Shown: positions 51,331 to 63,347, counted from the first letter of the whole stretch. The stretch is DNA of 63,802 bases, filler included, from Choristocarpus tenellus KU-1152 (GCA_964200185.2; 11 parts of 11 records of this genome joined end to end with filler, not necessarily neighbours in it), one strand, 5' to 3'. The notes: generated by a model from the sequence alone, not told the origin. A program made the numbers and translations.

Positions 51331-52438
51331 CTGTGTGGATTTGATGGGATGGGAGAGGCAACCACTAGCTCTCGAGCTTTTTTGGGGTGGGAGTGGGCAT
51401 TTGAGTGTGTCTGCGCACACAACTTGTTTGTTTGGGGGGCGGGCGGGTGGGGGGCATTGTTGCTTGTTTTTTTATTACAGGTCTTATGAAAACCGTTTTT
51501 TATTAAAACTGTAGGATATCGTGTTTGTATTGTTTGCGCGCGCGCGCGCGTGTGTGTTTTCAGGGAGTTTATAAATAATTTTTGCTCTTGAAGCACATTT
51601 ATTATTTTGTTTTCAATTAGTGCACCGAATCAGGAGGGCGTTGAGGATTCTTGCGAATACCCAATGATTGATTTTAGACTACCTTTCTCTGGTTTTTGAC
51701 GTATTCATGCGTTGTATGTACCCTTGTTGTGTTGGATGTACCTGTATTTGGTAGTCCCTGAATTGTGGTGGTACAACTCTTTGCGGTGTGCTGGTGTGAT
51801 GAGTTTTTGAGGTGGCAATGGTGTCTTATCTTGTTCCTTTAGGCTTTATATACGAAAATAATATATATGTACAAAATAATGTGTGTGTGTGTGTGTACAG
51901 AAATAGATACGCTATGCTGGAAATGGTGTGCACATCCGTCTATCTCATCACTGCACCAGGGATATACATGAGGATTGGGGTTCATTTTGAGGGGTACAAT
52001 TGCAAAGAAGAGTGGTTATTGTGCTGAGTGGTTGGGAAGTCCCAGATTAGTTTGTTGTCAATCCTTGATTCCTCGGAAAAGATAAGGAGTCTTCCATTTT
52101 CTGGAGCTCTATTTTAGAACAATGATAATTTAATCTTATTTGTAGTTTAATGGCATTTGTTGTAATTGTCAGGCTTGTAGTCAAAGATGATGTAAATGGA
52201 CCTATGATGAGAAAGTTGAAGTGGTTTGAAACAGCTTTTTTTTGTTGATGTGGAATATTGTAATGTTTGGGGTAAGTATCATGACATCGTACTGCTCCAC
52301 CTACTTGGAGATTAAGGTGGAAAATCTCCAGTAATAGGTGGGACCATGCCCCAAGATTGTTTCCTATTTAAAAACCTTGAAAAGGTAGCCCAAGAAGAGA
52401 AAATCTATCTAGGGTCCTGCTGGCTACATACACTGGAC

Positions 52439-52619
52439 AGGCTCAAAGTATCTGGGGGGGGGTGGTGGCTGTCCATTTTAGGTCGATTTTTCCATGTTGA
52501 AATTTTTGGATGATTTGGTTGCATGTGTCAGATGGATAATTTAAGTGCACTTTTCCTGGTCAGGGACCAAAAATGGACAACCTGGTGTAGAACCCTTCAA
52601 CCCACCCCCACCCACAACC
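52439..52619 (+). mobile_element. MITE family B element at contig end
   Basis: aggctcaaagtatctgggggggggtggtggctgtccatttt..aaatggacaacctggtgtagaaccc, similar to 11496-11660. Confidence 0.82.
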
Positions 52620-53505
52620 NNNNNNNNNNNNNNNNNNNNNNNNNNNNNNNNNNNNNNNNNNNNTTAATTAATTAANNNNNNNNNNNNNNNNNNNNNNNNN
52701 NNNNNNNNNNNNNNNNNNNCTGCGCAGTATCATTACGGTATTTGCACCCCCCGCACCATACAATTACGGTATGCGCACCCCCAGCACGGTACCATTACGA
52801 TACATGCACACACCCCCAGCAGGGTGCGTTTTGCTGCAGTTACAGTCATTTGAAGAACTGAATGACATGGTCACTTTACTAGAATACTGTCTGAAGGGTA
52901 GGGTACAGTTGGGCACGATAGGGTGAATATCACCCACGATCATCACGGGACTGTTATGGGATTCTGACAGTTTTGCACGGTTCTTCAGTGTCTCTGCGGG
53001 ATGCCAACGGTCAGTTGTAGATTTCCGGTGGTAGGGTTTGAAGTATGATGACGACGGACCGACCAATGACATTCTCCCAAACCGTAACTGTAACTGTAAC
53101 CGTAACCGTAATCGCAAAAAAAAAAAAAAATGACCACGGTTGAAACAACTGCATAGGACCCTGATCTAATCAGAGGGCAACAACTCCTGAGGTTGGGATT
53201 TAAGGCACTGTTGGTTCAACACACCCTAACCCTATCATTGTACTGCTGAGGAGAGGAAACGTGGTCGAAGGTTCGGTCCCACCATCGCCTCAATAAGGCT
53301 TTCGTTCAAATCGTTCAGCACGGATCGAGAGAGAGAGAGAGAGTTACCAGCAACGTGAACATTGCCACTTGTCGCAATTGAGTTCATTGACAGAACTAAA
53401 GCCCATCAATAACATCAATAACATCAATAAAATCAATACAGAGCAAACAACAAGACAAAACATCTTGCCACAGCGGAGTACCGAAATATTTGTCAACAAG
53501 AAGTG

Positions 53506-53621
53506 CAGTAAAGTACAGTAAAGTACAGCAAAGTACAGCAAAGTACAGCAAAGTACAGTACAGTACAGCAAAGTACAGTACAGTACAGTAAAGTGCAGTA
53601 AGGTACAGTGAAGTACAGTAC
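53506..53621. repeat. Imperfect 5/10-bp tandem repeat (cagta / aagtacagca)
   Basis: Read directly from the sequence. Confidence 0.92.
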
Positions 53622-54121
53622 TCCTCTCCTACATACCATACTTGCAAAATCTCAACCGCAGTCTCTCCTCCAAAATACCAAGGGCTTACACTATGCTGAG
53701 CAACTATGACTCCACTGGAGTTAGATCACAGGCCAGACCCATGCAATAAGAAGATCCTTTTAAAACAGGGTCAGTCCAAGGCATCGAGCAATTCCAACGG
53801 GTCAAAATCTTCGGCCTGGTCTCAGTAAAACATTTTTTGACAGATCCATGCCAAGGCCTTCAAACTCACCTGCTTCCAAAGTCAGTGATCATATAAAATG
53901 CGACAGAAAAAAAGCTAAAAAAAATATCTTGTGTGCATAGTGTGTATGTGCTAGTTGATATGATACTTTAAACGATATCCTACCTCTCAAGCAACACACC
54001 AAACACAATGAGAGCAAAGCACCCCAAAAGTCACTTGCACCTTAACCCCCCACAACACACTGCCAAAAAAGTACACCCTAAGTTGCAAAGTCTCTCATTT
54101 CAAAAACCAAAACCCACTCAC

Positions 54122-56835
54122 ATGGTCGTACACACGCACAACGCCCTTGCTGTCTGTGACTTCCCAGCCTCCTTCAGCAACGCCCTCACCCTGTCCCTCC
54201 ATACCAACTCCTGCCTCCACAATATCACCACTTGCCCCTACTGAACCCACTGCTCCTCCATACGCCTCCGCCTCTCCAGCAACAGCTTCTGCATCAACTC
54301 CTGACTCAATCACCTCATCAGTAGAGGGTTGAGTGGTCCTGCCAGAGAGACTGGGGGGAGTGACAGCAGCAGCAGCTGGGGTGGAGGCGGATGCAGCCCG
54401 CCTGGATACCTTTGTGCAGGCATTTCCAAGTTCAAGGCTATTTCCTATTTGTGCACAGATAGCCTGTACATACATAGTACTGCGTCCAGCTGGGGTCATC
54501 CATTGTGGACGCCCAAATACCTGAGTGGAGGGGGTGGAGTGGTGACCATGTCACTGCTGTGGACCATTTGTGAAGTGCACCAACAATGGCACTGGTCTAA
54601 ATCAGTCATAGGCACAGGCTACCAGGCGACAAAAATGCGCAGGCATGCTCGCACAACTAAGGAATACGTCAATAGCAGACGACTTCATTGCCACAACGAG
54701 TCCTCCCCTGCAAATGCAACCCTCCCCTGACCCAACCACCAAACCGACCTTTTTTTCCCCTCACCCCGGACACCGTGATCGCTGCGCAGCTCATAGGCCG
54801 TAAGCAGCAGGTGTGTTCAGATGAAGAAGCATACCTGAAGCATCTGGTGGTTGTGGAAGAAACTGATCATGGTGAGAGCACTGAAGTTCATTACATCTGC
54901 AGAGGATGAACTCCACAGCGCCGCTGCCATGGGCACCAGGTAGTGCCTCGCAAATGCCTCCCCATAATTATTCACTTTCAGGTACTCCCTCACTGACACA
55001 GCCTTCCTGGGGTCGTCATCGTCCAACTCAAGCAACAGGGGCGCCTCACGGTTGAACCTTGCCATGTCTCGTAGCATGCAGTGGAAGGAGGGAGAAAAGG
55101 CATTTGTAGTTTTTGCAAAGAGGGAGGCCAGACCAGAACTACCCCATTCCATTGCTCCATTGTCCAGGCTTACACTTTGGGGAAAATAGATGGGACAACC
55201 AAAAGAGTGGAAGGAGAGGATGGGTAAAGGGCGAGCCATTAGTACCACCAGCACTGTCCCATGTTTGAGTTATTAAGATGCCATAGAATATGCCTCCTCA
55301 AAGGTTGCTCTTGCTACTCTGCAGTGGAAGAAGCAAGCGCTGTCGTTAATCCCTACTCCACACTCAATGTGTGGGGAAATATGGCCTCCCAAAATATAAA
55401 TTATTGGGGGAATAGAACCAAAACAGTCAAGCACAGAACCACCAACCTAAACACAGCCCCTGCCACAAAATGTCTTTAGCCTAACAGTCCATGTTGAAGA
55501 TCTTTGTTAAGGAGAAGAGAATCAAATGGGCGAAAAATGTCCTTAGGGCTTGTATATCAGGCACGATCATTTGAGGGTGTAGTTAGAGTCACTGAATCCA
55601 ACATGTGCATTCTCGTGCTTCTGGTGTGGCCTGGAACTATTGTAAGTAGCATAACTTCCAGCAATATTCAATACAAGGCCCAAACTGAGATCCCCAGGAC
55701 CAACATCCAAAAATGATAAATTTCAAAGTCGAAAATTTCATGCAAATACGTTTTGACCATCCTTCATCTGATGTCTAACACAGGATCCTCTACGTACACC
55801 ATTGCCTTTCTCACTGATGAACAACAATTTGGTATCCACTACCCCTTCGAGCATCCAGTCAGGAAGATACGAAGTACGCTGTCGGCTATATACGCATAAA
55901 AATGTAAAAATTGAAATAATCGTAATGCTTGAAGGTCACGGTCGTAGGCAAGGGTAGGCAAGGAAGAACAAACCTAGCCCTACCCTTCATGTGGTGTCTA
56001 CACCCAAGGCAAGGTTTATGTCGCCCCCAGCTGGTCGAGAAAAGCCCCGTTTGTATGTATGAACCAACACAGTTTTTACTTCCTACCTGAAGGACATGTC
56101 GGTTTCCTCCTTACCGACGCCGAGTCTATCGAAAAGCTGCACCATATTGGGGTAGTTCTCTTCGTTGAACACCATGAACCTGGTAGGTGAACGGACTTTG
56201 TAAGCACATGCTCGACTGGCAAGACAGATGTCAATTTCCACACCTCCATTCAACAGTCAACCTTCCCAAATTTGGTTGAACTCAAACGCGATATAACAAT
56301 GCATAATCATAAAAAGGTACAGTTTAGTTAGCACGTGGTGCACTTGGATGAAAGTATTTGACTCGAGAATAGAGTTCCTTGTTTAATCATGATGTAATGG
56401 TGCGGAGATAATCTTGACTTCTGAACCCCCTCACCCTGTGTCCACTGGCACTGTTTTACCGTCCACTTCGATGTTCAGTGTATTGGCATGCCCCCCAGCC
56501 CTCCCCTCAGACTCAAAAACGCTCAAGTCCACATTGGGCAATGATGCAAGGTGCCATGCCGCACCTGTTCCGGACAAAGGCGACATATAACCATTCACAA
56601 GCGATAGTCATCAACAGAGCGTGGCGAGGGTGACAAGGTCAAACAGGAAAGAACAAGCTCTTTCATACGTTACTCTGTCGAACGTACGGCACTTAGTAAA
56701 GGTTATGCATTGCTGCAAGACAAAACATTCATCACTTCTTCAGCATGACTCACCTAGCCCAGCCACCCCGGCACCAATGACTGCCACCCTCACACGAACA
56801 TCTTCCACTCCAGGATTATCGCAGCCATTACTCAT
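54122..56835 (-). CDS. FAD-dependent oxidoreductase, COG2907/amine-oxidase-like (as in the N-terminus of plant-type cyclopropane fatty acid synthases), 5' part
   Basis: Exons 56835-56754, 56564-56435, 56179-56087, 55174-54835 and 54520-54122 give RVAVIGAGVAGLGAAWHL..FESEGRAGGHANT..VDTGFMVFNEENYPNM..DMSFSVSLD..EWGSSGLASLFA..YLVPMAAALWS..FFHNHQMLQVFGRPQWMT. Confidence 0.9.
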
Positions 56836-58390
56836 CTCGCTTCGTTGCCTCCTTATACTCACCACGCTCAATCTGAACACTCAAACGTCGCACAACGATA
56901 CGTGGAGATAGCAAGTAGTACAGATTGAAATTCTAGTGAGAGAATCTTGATGTAGACCACGTCTACACTTCTTCCACTATTGCCGTAGTATGAGCTTAAT
57001 TGGTGTGACTTCCTCACCTCCAAACGTGGCAGCAGGCAAGCTACGCCAGTTTCAGGCCTTGGACACAAACATATAGGCGGTGGGAAACCAACAAACCTGT
57101 GTCAGTCATGTTTAACACACTGCAAGTCATGACGTCATCAACGAGGCTAGGAACCGATATCTACTTCCCCAAAACACCCCTTCCAACCCTTTCTTATCCG
57201 TTCATGTACGTACCAAAACTATAATAGTATTAGTAGTATTAGTAGAAAACGTACCAAAATTCCTCTCCATCTATATTTTGTTGAAGTAGTAGGAGTTTGT
57301 TTGTGAACCGAACAAGATGACATACAATGCCTACATTCACCAACCCTAAATAAGATTATCCATCGCACTTGTCGCAGTACAATCAGTACATCATCAGTAA
57401 AACTCAATATTATCAATACTATATGGAGTATATGGATATACACATATGTATATAGTTTTCATTGGTTTCCCCCTGACACATCTGCAAAATGTCAGAGGGC
57501 ATAATAAGAAAATACTATATGGAGTTTGTCTGTTATTATACCGTTATTGCCGTATGCCATATACCGTTATACCGTGGTACCAAGTGAGGTTCCCAGNNNN
57601 NNNNNNNNNNNNNNNNNNNNNNNNNNNNNNNNNNNNNNNNTTAATTAATTAANNNNNNNNNNNNNNNNNNNNNNNNNNNNNNNNNNNNNNNNNNNNGGGT
57701 AGAAAGATACCCCAGTTTGATGCCCGTTTTTCGGGCGATTTTCCTTTGGACTTAGTTCTGGCAGGGGGAATGGAAAAGATAGGTGCGTTCAGATGAAGGA
57801 AATTGCCGTTACACCTGAAAATGTCACTCAGGTGATACAAAAATCACAACAGGTTCACACTCGCCCTGAATGGACGCCTGACTACCCTTCTAGTATACTA
57901 AAGGCCAATATACATGTCTGGAACAATGCAGCAGTGGCTATGCATGAGCACAAGATAGCCACAGCTGTATTCTTCTACAATCATTCTCCTTTCCTGATGC
58001 AATTTCTCCTGTGGTGAAGAAATTTCTCACGGACGTCTTTTCCCGTATCAGCACCATGCGACATTTCTGCTCTTCAAAACTGATTCCCCTTACAGATTTC
58101 TTGTCCAACCAAGTAATCTGAATGAATCAAGTCGCTCCATTCTCATACACACACATACCACCAACTGGCAGGAGGCGCAATACTGTAGGTGTATTAAGTA
58201 TATGCTGCTATTCATTCAGTGGCAACCTTCTTCTCCACCGAAGTGAAAACCTTCTAAGATACCTCCTACCCTCTTGATTGATGCCAAGAATACTGTTGCT
58301 ACTTCACATTTGTGATTATAGCAACGTGGTAGAGGTAGTTGACAGGTCGAATACATCCCATCGGCATGATCTCTTACACACACATATATT

Positions 58391-60362
58391 CCTAACCCTA
58401 ACCCTAAGCGCCTTCTGTCGCATCCTGTCCCCTGTCCCCCCCCCCCTAACCCTAAAAAACCCTTTCCTCGGTCCCATTCTTTTCTCATCACAGTTACTTG
58501 AAACGTGTAAAGTGTCATTTTTAACTATGTCACACTTTTCTTCCTAATACTCAGGAGTATATATATACATGTATATATATATATACATGTATATATTTTT
58601 TCTTAGTTATTACAAAAAAAAGAGCATCGTTTCGGGATAGGACTACAGGGTTAGGGCAGAGCGACCACTTTCCTGATTGGCCAAAGTGCCATGCACTACG
58701 CCCAATCAGTTGAAATTGTGGTATTTGAACAAGATAGTTCTGAACAGAGAACCCCCTCGGAAGCCTAGATCGAGAGAGTGAAGACGTACTGCGAGGGGGT
58801 AGGGTTAGGGAACCCAACGGAAAAAAAAAAGTTTCCTCTGAAAAATCGCGGAAAAAAGAAAATCGTGTTTTTTATTTGGGGAAGCTGATTGGCCTAAGAA
58901 AGTGCTTAGTAGAAAAAGTAAGGTTGGAGAGAGGTATGGGCAATTGGGAAGGTGAACAGAGTCAAAAGTATCTTAGGGTTAGGGTAGAGGCGCATCCGCT
59001 TGGGGGCCAAACTCCAATGTTGCGATTTTGATGTTATTTTGGCTATCGTGTTTGTTAGAAAGTGTCGATATCTCCTTGTTCCAGACACACCTTTTTCGTA
59101 AGGTATACATTTTACCTACTAGGAAACATTTTGGATTAGGAAAATATCGTTAAAAAACCCGTGGGAAGCCAAGCCCCAAATGGACAAGCAGAGTAAAAAT
59201 TGTACCCTTCAAGGTGCTTTCACTCACAGTGGACCCAGCCAGCAGGTACACTTGGAGTTTGACAGAATATAAAAAAAACAATCTTCCCTCCCATCCGAAT
59301 AGACTGTCGACAAAGTTGGACACAACCTGATAATTTCGAAATGGAGTTGAGTCCATGTGCAAACAAGATAATGTTCACTTTTGAGCTAGAGTTGCAACCA
59401 CAATTATCATCGTACTGTCTTGATCCAAAATGTAGTACCCACACTATTCCCTCGAAAGAATGCTTGGAATCTCCAGTCCTTCAACTCTTGACTGTAGTCA
59501 TGAGATTTCTACGACGACTTGAACTCCTAAAGTGCAGGAAGCTTTCAAAAAAGGGGCTTACACACTTTAACAAAAAAACATTTTTCATGCGCTAGAGTAG
59601 ATAGAACAAAAAAAATCAGAAAAAAAAAGAAAAATATGATACTAGCTGTGCGTCATCTCTGTCGGCTTAGGGTTAGGGTTCAATCGAGCATATATCCCTT
59701 TGAATATTTCCAAGGAGAAAGTCAAAACGATGCTCAAATATTTTGTGGATAGACTCAAAAAATTGAAACGGAGAACTAGGGTTAGGGTCGGGGTCGGGGG
59801 TTCAACTGCAGGTGTTCTACCTCAGTCAAAACCAGCCTGTATCATCACACTAGCTACATTGCCCTGAAGGCGAAGGGATCTCACTGATGTAAAGGGAAGC
59901 TGCAGCATCGCCATCCTCTCAAGGACAAATAAGAAACGCACGGGTACGTGCGTTTAAGAATGTAGAGCGCCTGTCTGCCTTGACAAGATGTTATAGGCTT
60001 GGAGATGATGGGCCCGTTTTACAAGGGGACTCACAGAGCGAAAGCGGATCATGCCTCCCATTGTACGGCGCACCTCCTTAGGGTTAGGGTGAGGACATCG
60101 CAAGAGCTCTTGCCATACAGACAGGAGAGCTTGTCTCACCCCACAATAAAAAGGGTGACGTATGTAAGGGGCCTCAATACTAGTGAGAGTACGCCATGGT
60201 GTTATGTTCCACGTCCAAGCACGATCCCTAACCCTAACCCTAACTCTATATCACAGGTAAAAAACAAAAAAAACGAATCTCTGCCCCAGGTACAACGGCC
60301 ACACTATTTTTATTATTACTACTACATAAGCATCCGTAACCCCCAGTGCCCTAGGGTTAGGG
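58391..60362. repeat. Cluster of short interstitial telomere-like (TTAGGG/CCCTAA) runs of 2-3 units
   Basis: Runs at 58391-58407, 58444-58455, 58800-58810, 58973-58984, 59667-59678, 59776-59787, 60078-60089, 60226-60243 and 60351-60362, on both strands. Confidence 0.85.
58959..59225 (-). mobile_element. MITE family A, full copy with a telomeric dimer in the TIR
   Basis: aca|gagtcaaaagtatcttagggttagggtagagg ... tacccttcaaggtgctttcactc|aca. Confidence 0.88.
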
Positions 60363-61230
60363 TCAGGCATAATCTGTTAAAAAAAAAGAAGCAGCGTGTG
60401 TATTGTGATACGCACGAGGATGACTCTGGCACACCACCTGTCAACTTTTCCCTCTTGTCAAACATATTTCTGACTGCACTGATCGGTAAGAGCCTTTTCT
60501 TTTTTTTAAAATTAATTAATTAATTATATATTTTTGTTTCATTTTAATTATATATTTTTTGACCTCGCGATGATACCACCAACTATAAACAGAGGAAAAA
60601 AGGAAAAAAAAAAGAGTGAGAACGTTTACGGCCCAGTCACGGGCAGCAGCCAATCAGTACAGTATTTCTGGCTGTCCCCCCCCCCCCCGGCTTCCTCATT
60701 CCATTCGCTTCCCTTAGGGNNNNNNNNNNNNNNNNNNNNNNNNNNNNNNNNNNNNNNNNNNNNTTAATTAATTAANNNNNNNNNNNNNNNNNNNNNNNNN
60801 NNNNNNNNNNNNNNNNNNNCCAAGGTGAGTTTTGGTCCTTACCCTTTCGTCGACGGAATATGTGTGACAGTCTGGCACAGGTGATGGTCCTGCTGGTAAT
60901 ACATTATTTGGGTGATACAATGAACACTGTTAGAGAGAAGCCAACATGTCCTGATAGAAATCATTGAAAAAACAAGGATATAACTAATAGCATTAGAAAT
61001 AACAGTTATTCGGCAGAGGATTTTAACTCTTCCTCTTTCCAATTATATCAACCTTACACCATGACAGCACATGAGTGGACCTCGGATTCGGAATAGTTGA
61101 AAAAAGATATACCCCGAATTATTGATAGAGTATATTCCTCCACCAGAAAATCAATAAGATAACGCTTAAGAAAGAGTCAATGAGCCAAGTGAATGAATCC
61201 GTACAAGGAAGCAACATCAGTAGTACTCAC

Positions 61231-63347
61231 TCTTCTTCAGGGAGCACATCTGGGTCATACGGACCAGGAAGAAAACCCCTACAATGGTGTTTCCTCCGCG
61301 CTTGATCTGGAAAATAGAAGGATGAGGGAAACACAAAACGCCAAGTAGTTGGTCGAGGCACAACACAGCATAGTTGAGCTGCACATAGTTAAGCTATAAT
61401 AGACGGATTGCACTTCACCAGTGGGACCTTTTTTACTGTCTGGAAAGACATTTCTTTTGTCTGTAGAACACGAACTTTCCTAGTCATAAGACAAGAAGGA
61501 TCGAATATAGGTTGACTTCTGACCAGCCTTTTGCTTCTCGGGACAAGATTCTGTCAGAGCACATAAATCGGGAGCGTGGGCGTAAAGATGTGGCAACAAC
61601 TCTGAGCTAAGTCTACCACCAAGGGCCAAGAATGGAACAAATATGTGACACTGATGCATGCGACAACGCAAACCTCTGTCATACCTTGATTGTGTCACCA
61701 TTGAAAAGTTCAAACTCCCAGGAGGCCATTCTCCCCCTCTGGAAGCTCCGATAACTCCTGTGGTATTACATGTCCGAACAATGGCAAGTTAAGAAGATAT
61801 ATCTCAATGATGGTCTATCTATAATGTAGAGCCTTAGTGACGTCCCTATCGACGAGGTATTGGAGGGGGGAACTTGTTGTAGGGACAAGGTTCTAGCAAT
61901 AGTACGTACCATTCGATATTGCAAGGGCACATGGGAGAGTTTTTATCGAAAATTATAATCAACTATAGAACTGAGCACACCTGCCCATGAGTATGTCTTC
62001 AACTTGGTTGCACTGGTGACATACCACCAATATATGCTGGGGTTAAGAGCGTAGCTGGAGTCAATTGTACGTATTATACACAAACATGTACTGATGATAC
62101 ACTATGTCTTCTGAGCCCCTTCCTTCCATATTCATTGTTGCGCTTCGGTTTGAGGGTGTATGTCACTAACCTCGTGCAAGATATGGATGACAATGACCTC
62201 GCCAAAGAGCATGCCATCCACACTGTCAGCGCGAAAGTGCGCACCCAACATCGACCTGTGTGGCAAACTCACATATTGTTTTGTCTACAAGAGAAGCTGT
62301 GTCATCTTTCAGGCTTGTGGGGAACTGTTTTGCATTTTTTTCGCTGCAATAATACACATGCAGCACCCATCTACTTGTTACCCGGCCCCATATTCTGAGA
62401 GCGATAGAAATATATGGCGGATGGTGTGAATCCGCATCTCTTTACAAAGCAAAAATTGGAAGAACATCCTCATCAGTGTTACCTTCCCATTGCAATGTTG
62501 GAGGCTAGCTTGTTGTTCAATTCCCCCGTCCAGGTCAGGCAGCTCTGTGTGCTGCCCTCCTCGAGAGGGAATCGCTCAAGACCACAATCGCTGACATCTA
62601 CAAGGGAGTCCACACAATTTTTGCCGTTGAGGCCAAGGAAGGCCTGAGGGACGAAGGGAAGGTAGAATAAATACGTAGGATGGAACGGATGTGAAAATAC
62701 GTTCAAGACAACTAAGAGGAGGAGACAAAGAAAGAAGAATGGTCAATGCAGTCAACAACGAACTGTAACCGATCAACTCAAAACGCCAAGCAGTAAATGA
62801 GATTGTGAATGTCTCCGCTTACAGAAAACAACATATCTTGAAAAAAAATCTTGGATGTATTTCAAGATATCAACAACATCGATACTTCACAATGTTCCAA
62901 GGGATACAGAAGCGTATATATACCCCACCACTAGTATCAAGTAGATCACTTTTTTTTTTTACAAGGTAGCTAGGGCTCTTGTCGTGTGCTACTGACACCA
63001 AATGTTGACAAAGTGTATTCAACTCTGCATGACAATATCGTCAAGTTGAAATGTATTCCCACTCCTTTGGCACGACAACCTCTTCGTAGGAACTTGAAGA
63101 ATCGTAGTGGTGAGTACGATTAAGAACCCTTATACCGTACCCAAGTCCCAACTGGGATAGAGGAAAGGATGGATGAAACTTTTGTGTGATTGTACTAGAG
63201 AACTTTTTTTGTCTTTATATGGATCTAGACAGATGTAAACCAAATTAATGTCCTTGTCATCACCTTAAGCACTGTGGTCGCTGCTCTACCGTTGACACTG
63301 TGACCAGCAGGGTAGCTTGGGTGCGTGGGCAATCCTTCAGGGACTCC
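61231..63347 (-). CDS. vHPO: Vanadium-dependent haloperoxidase (brown-algal vBPO/vIPO family), C-terminal exons; frameshifted, possibly a pseudogene
   Basis: Exons: 63347-63264 (GVPEGLPTHPSYPAGHSVNGRAATTVLK); 62643-62483 (AFLGLNGKNC..SDCGLE..CLTWTGELNNKLASNIAMGR); 62255-62171 (SMLGAHFRADSVDGMLFGEVIVIHILHE); 61757-61685 (ELSELPEGE/SWEFELFNGDTIK, with a +1 shift); probably 61306-61231. They carry the HPSYP.GH and R.(M)LG.H vanadate-binding motifs. Confidence 0.88.

Noticed and set aside
52727-52822. Three units of about 32 bp (cattacggtat..gcacccccagcac) as a functional array
   Set aside because: They are degenerate and at a contig edge, most simply subterminal repeats of a truncated TE.
57697-57831. 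Possible exon ending MKEIAVTPENVTQ|gt (NifU-like?)
   Set aside because: It is short, has an upstream in-frame stop, and no following exon was found.
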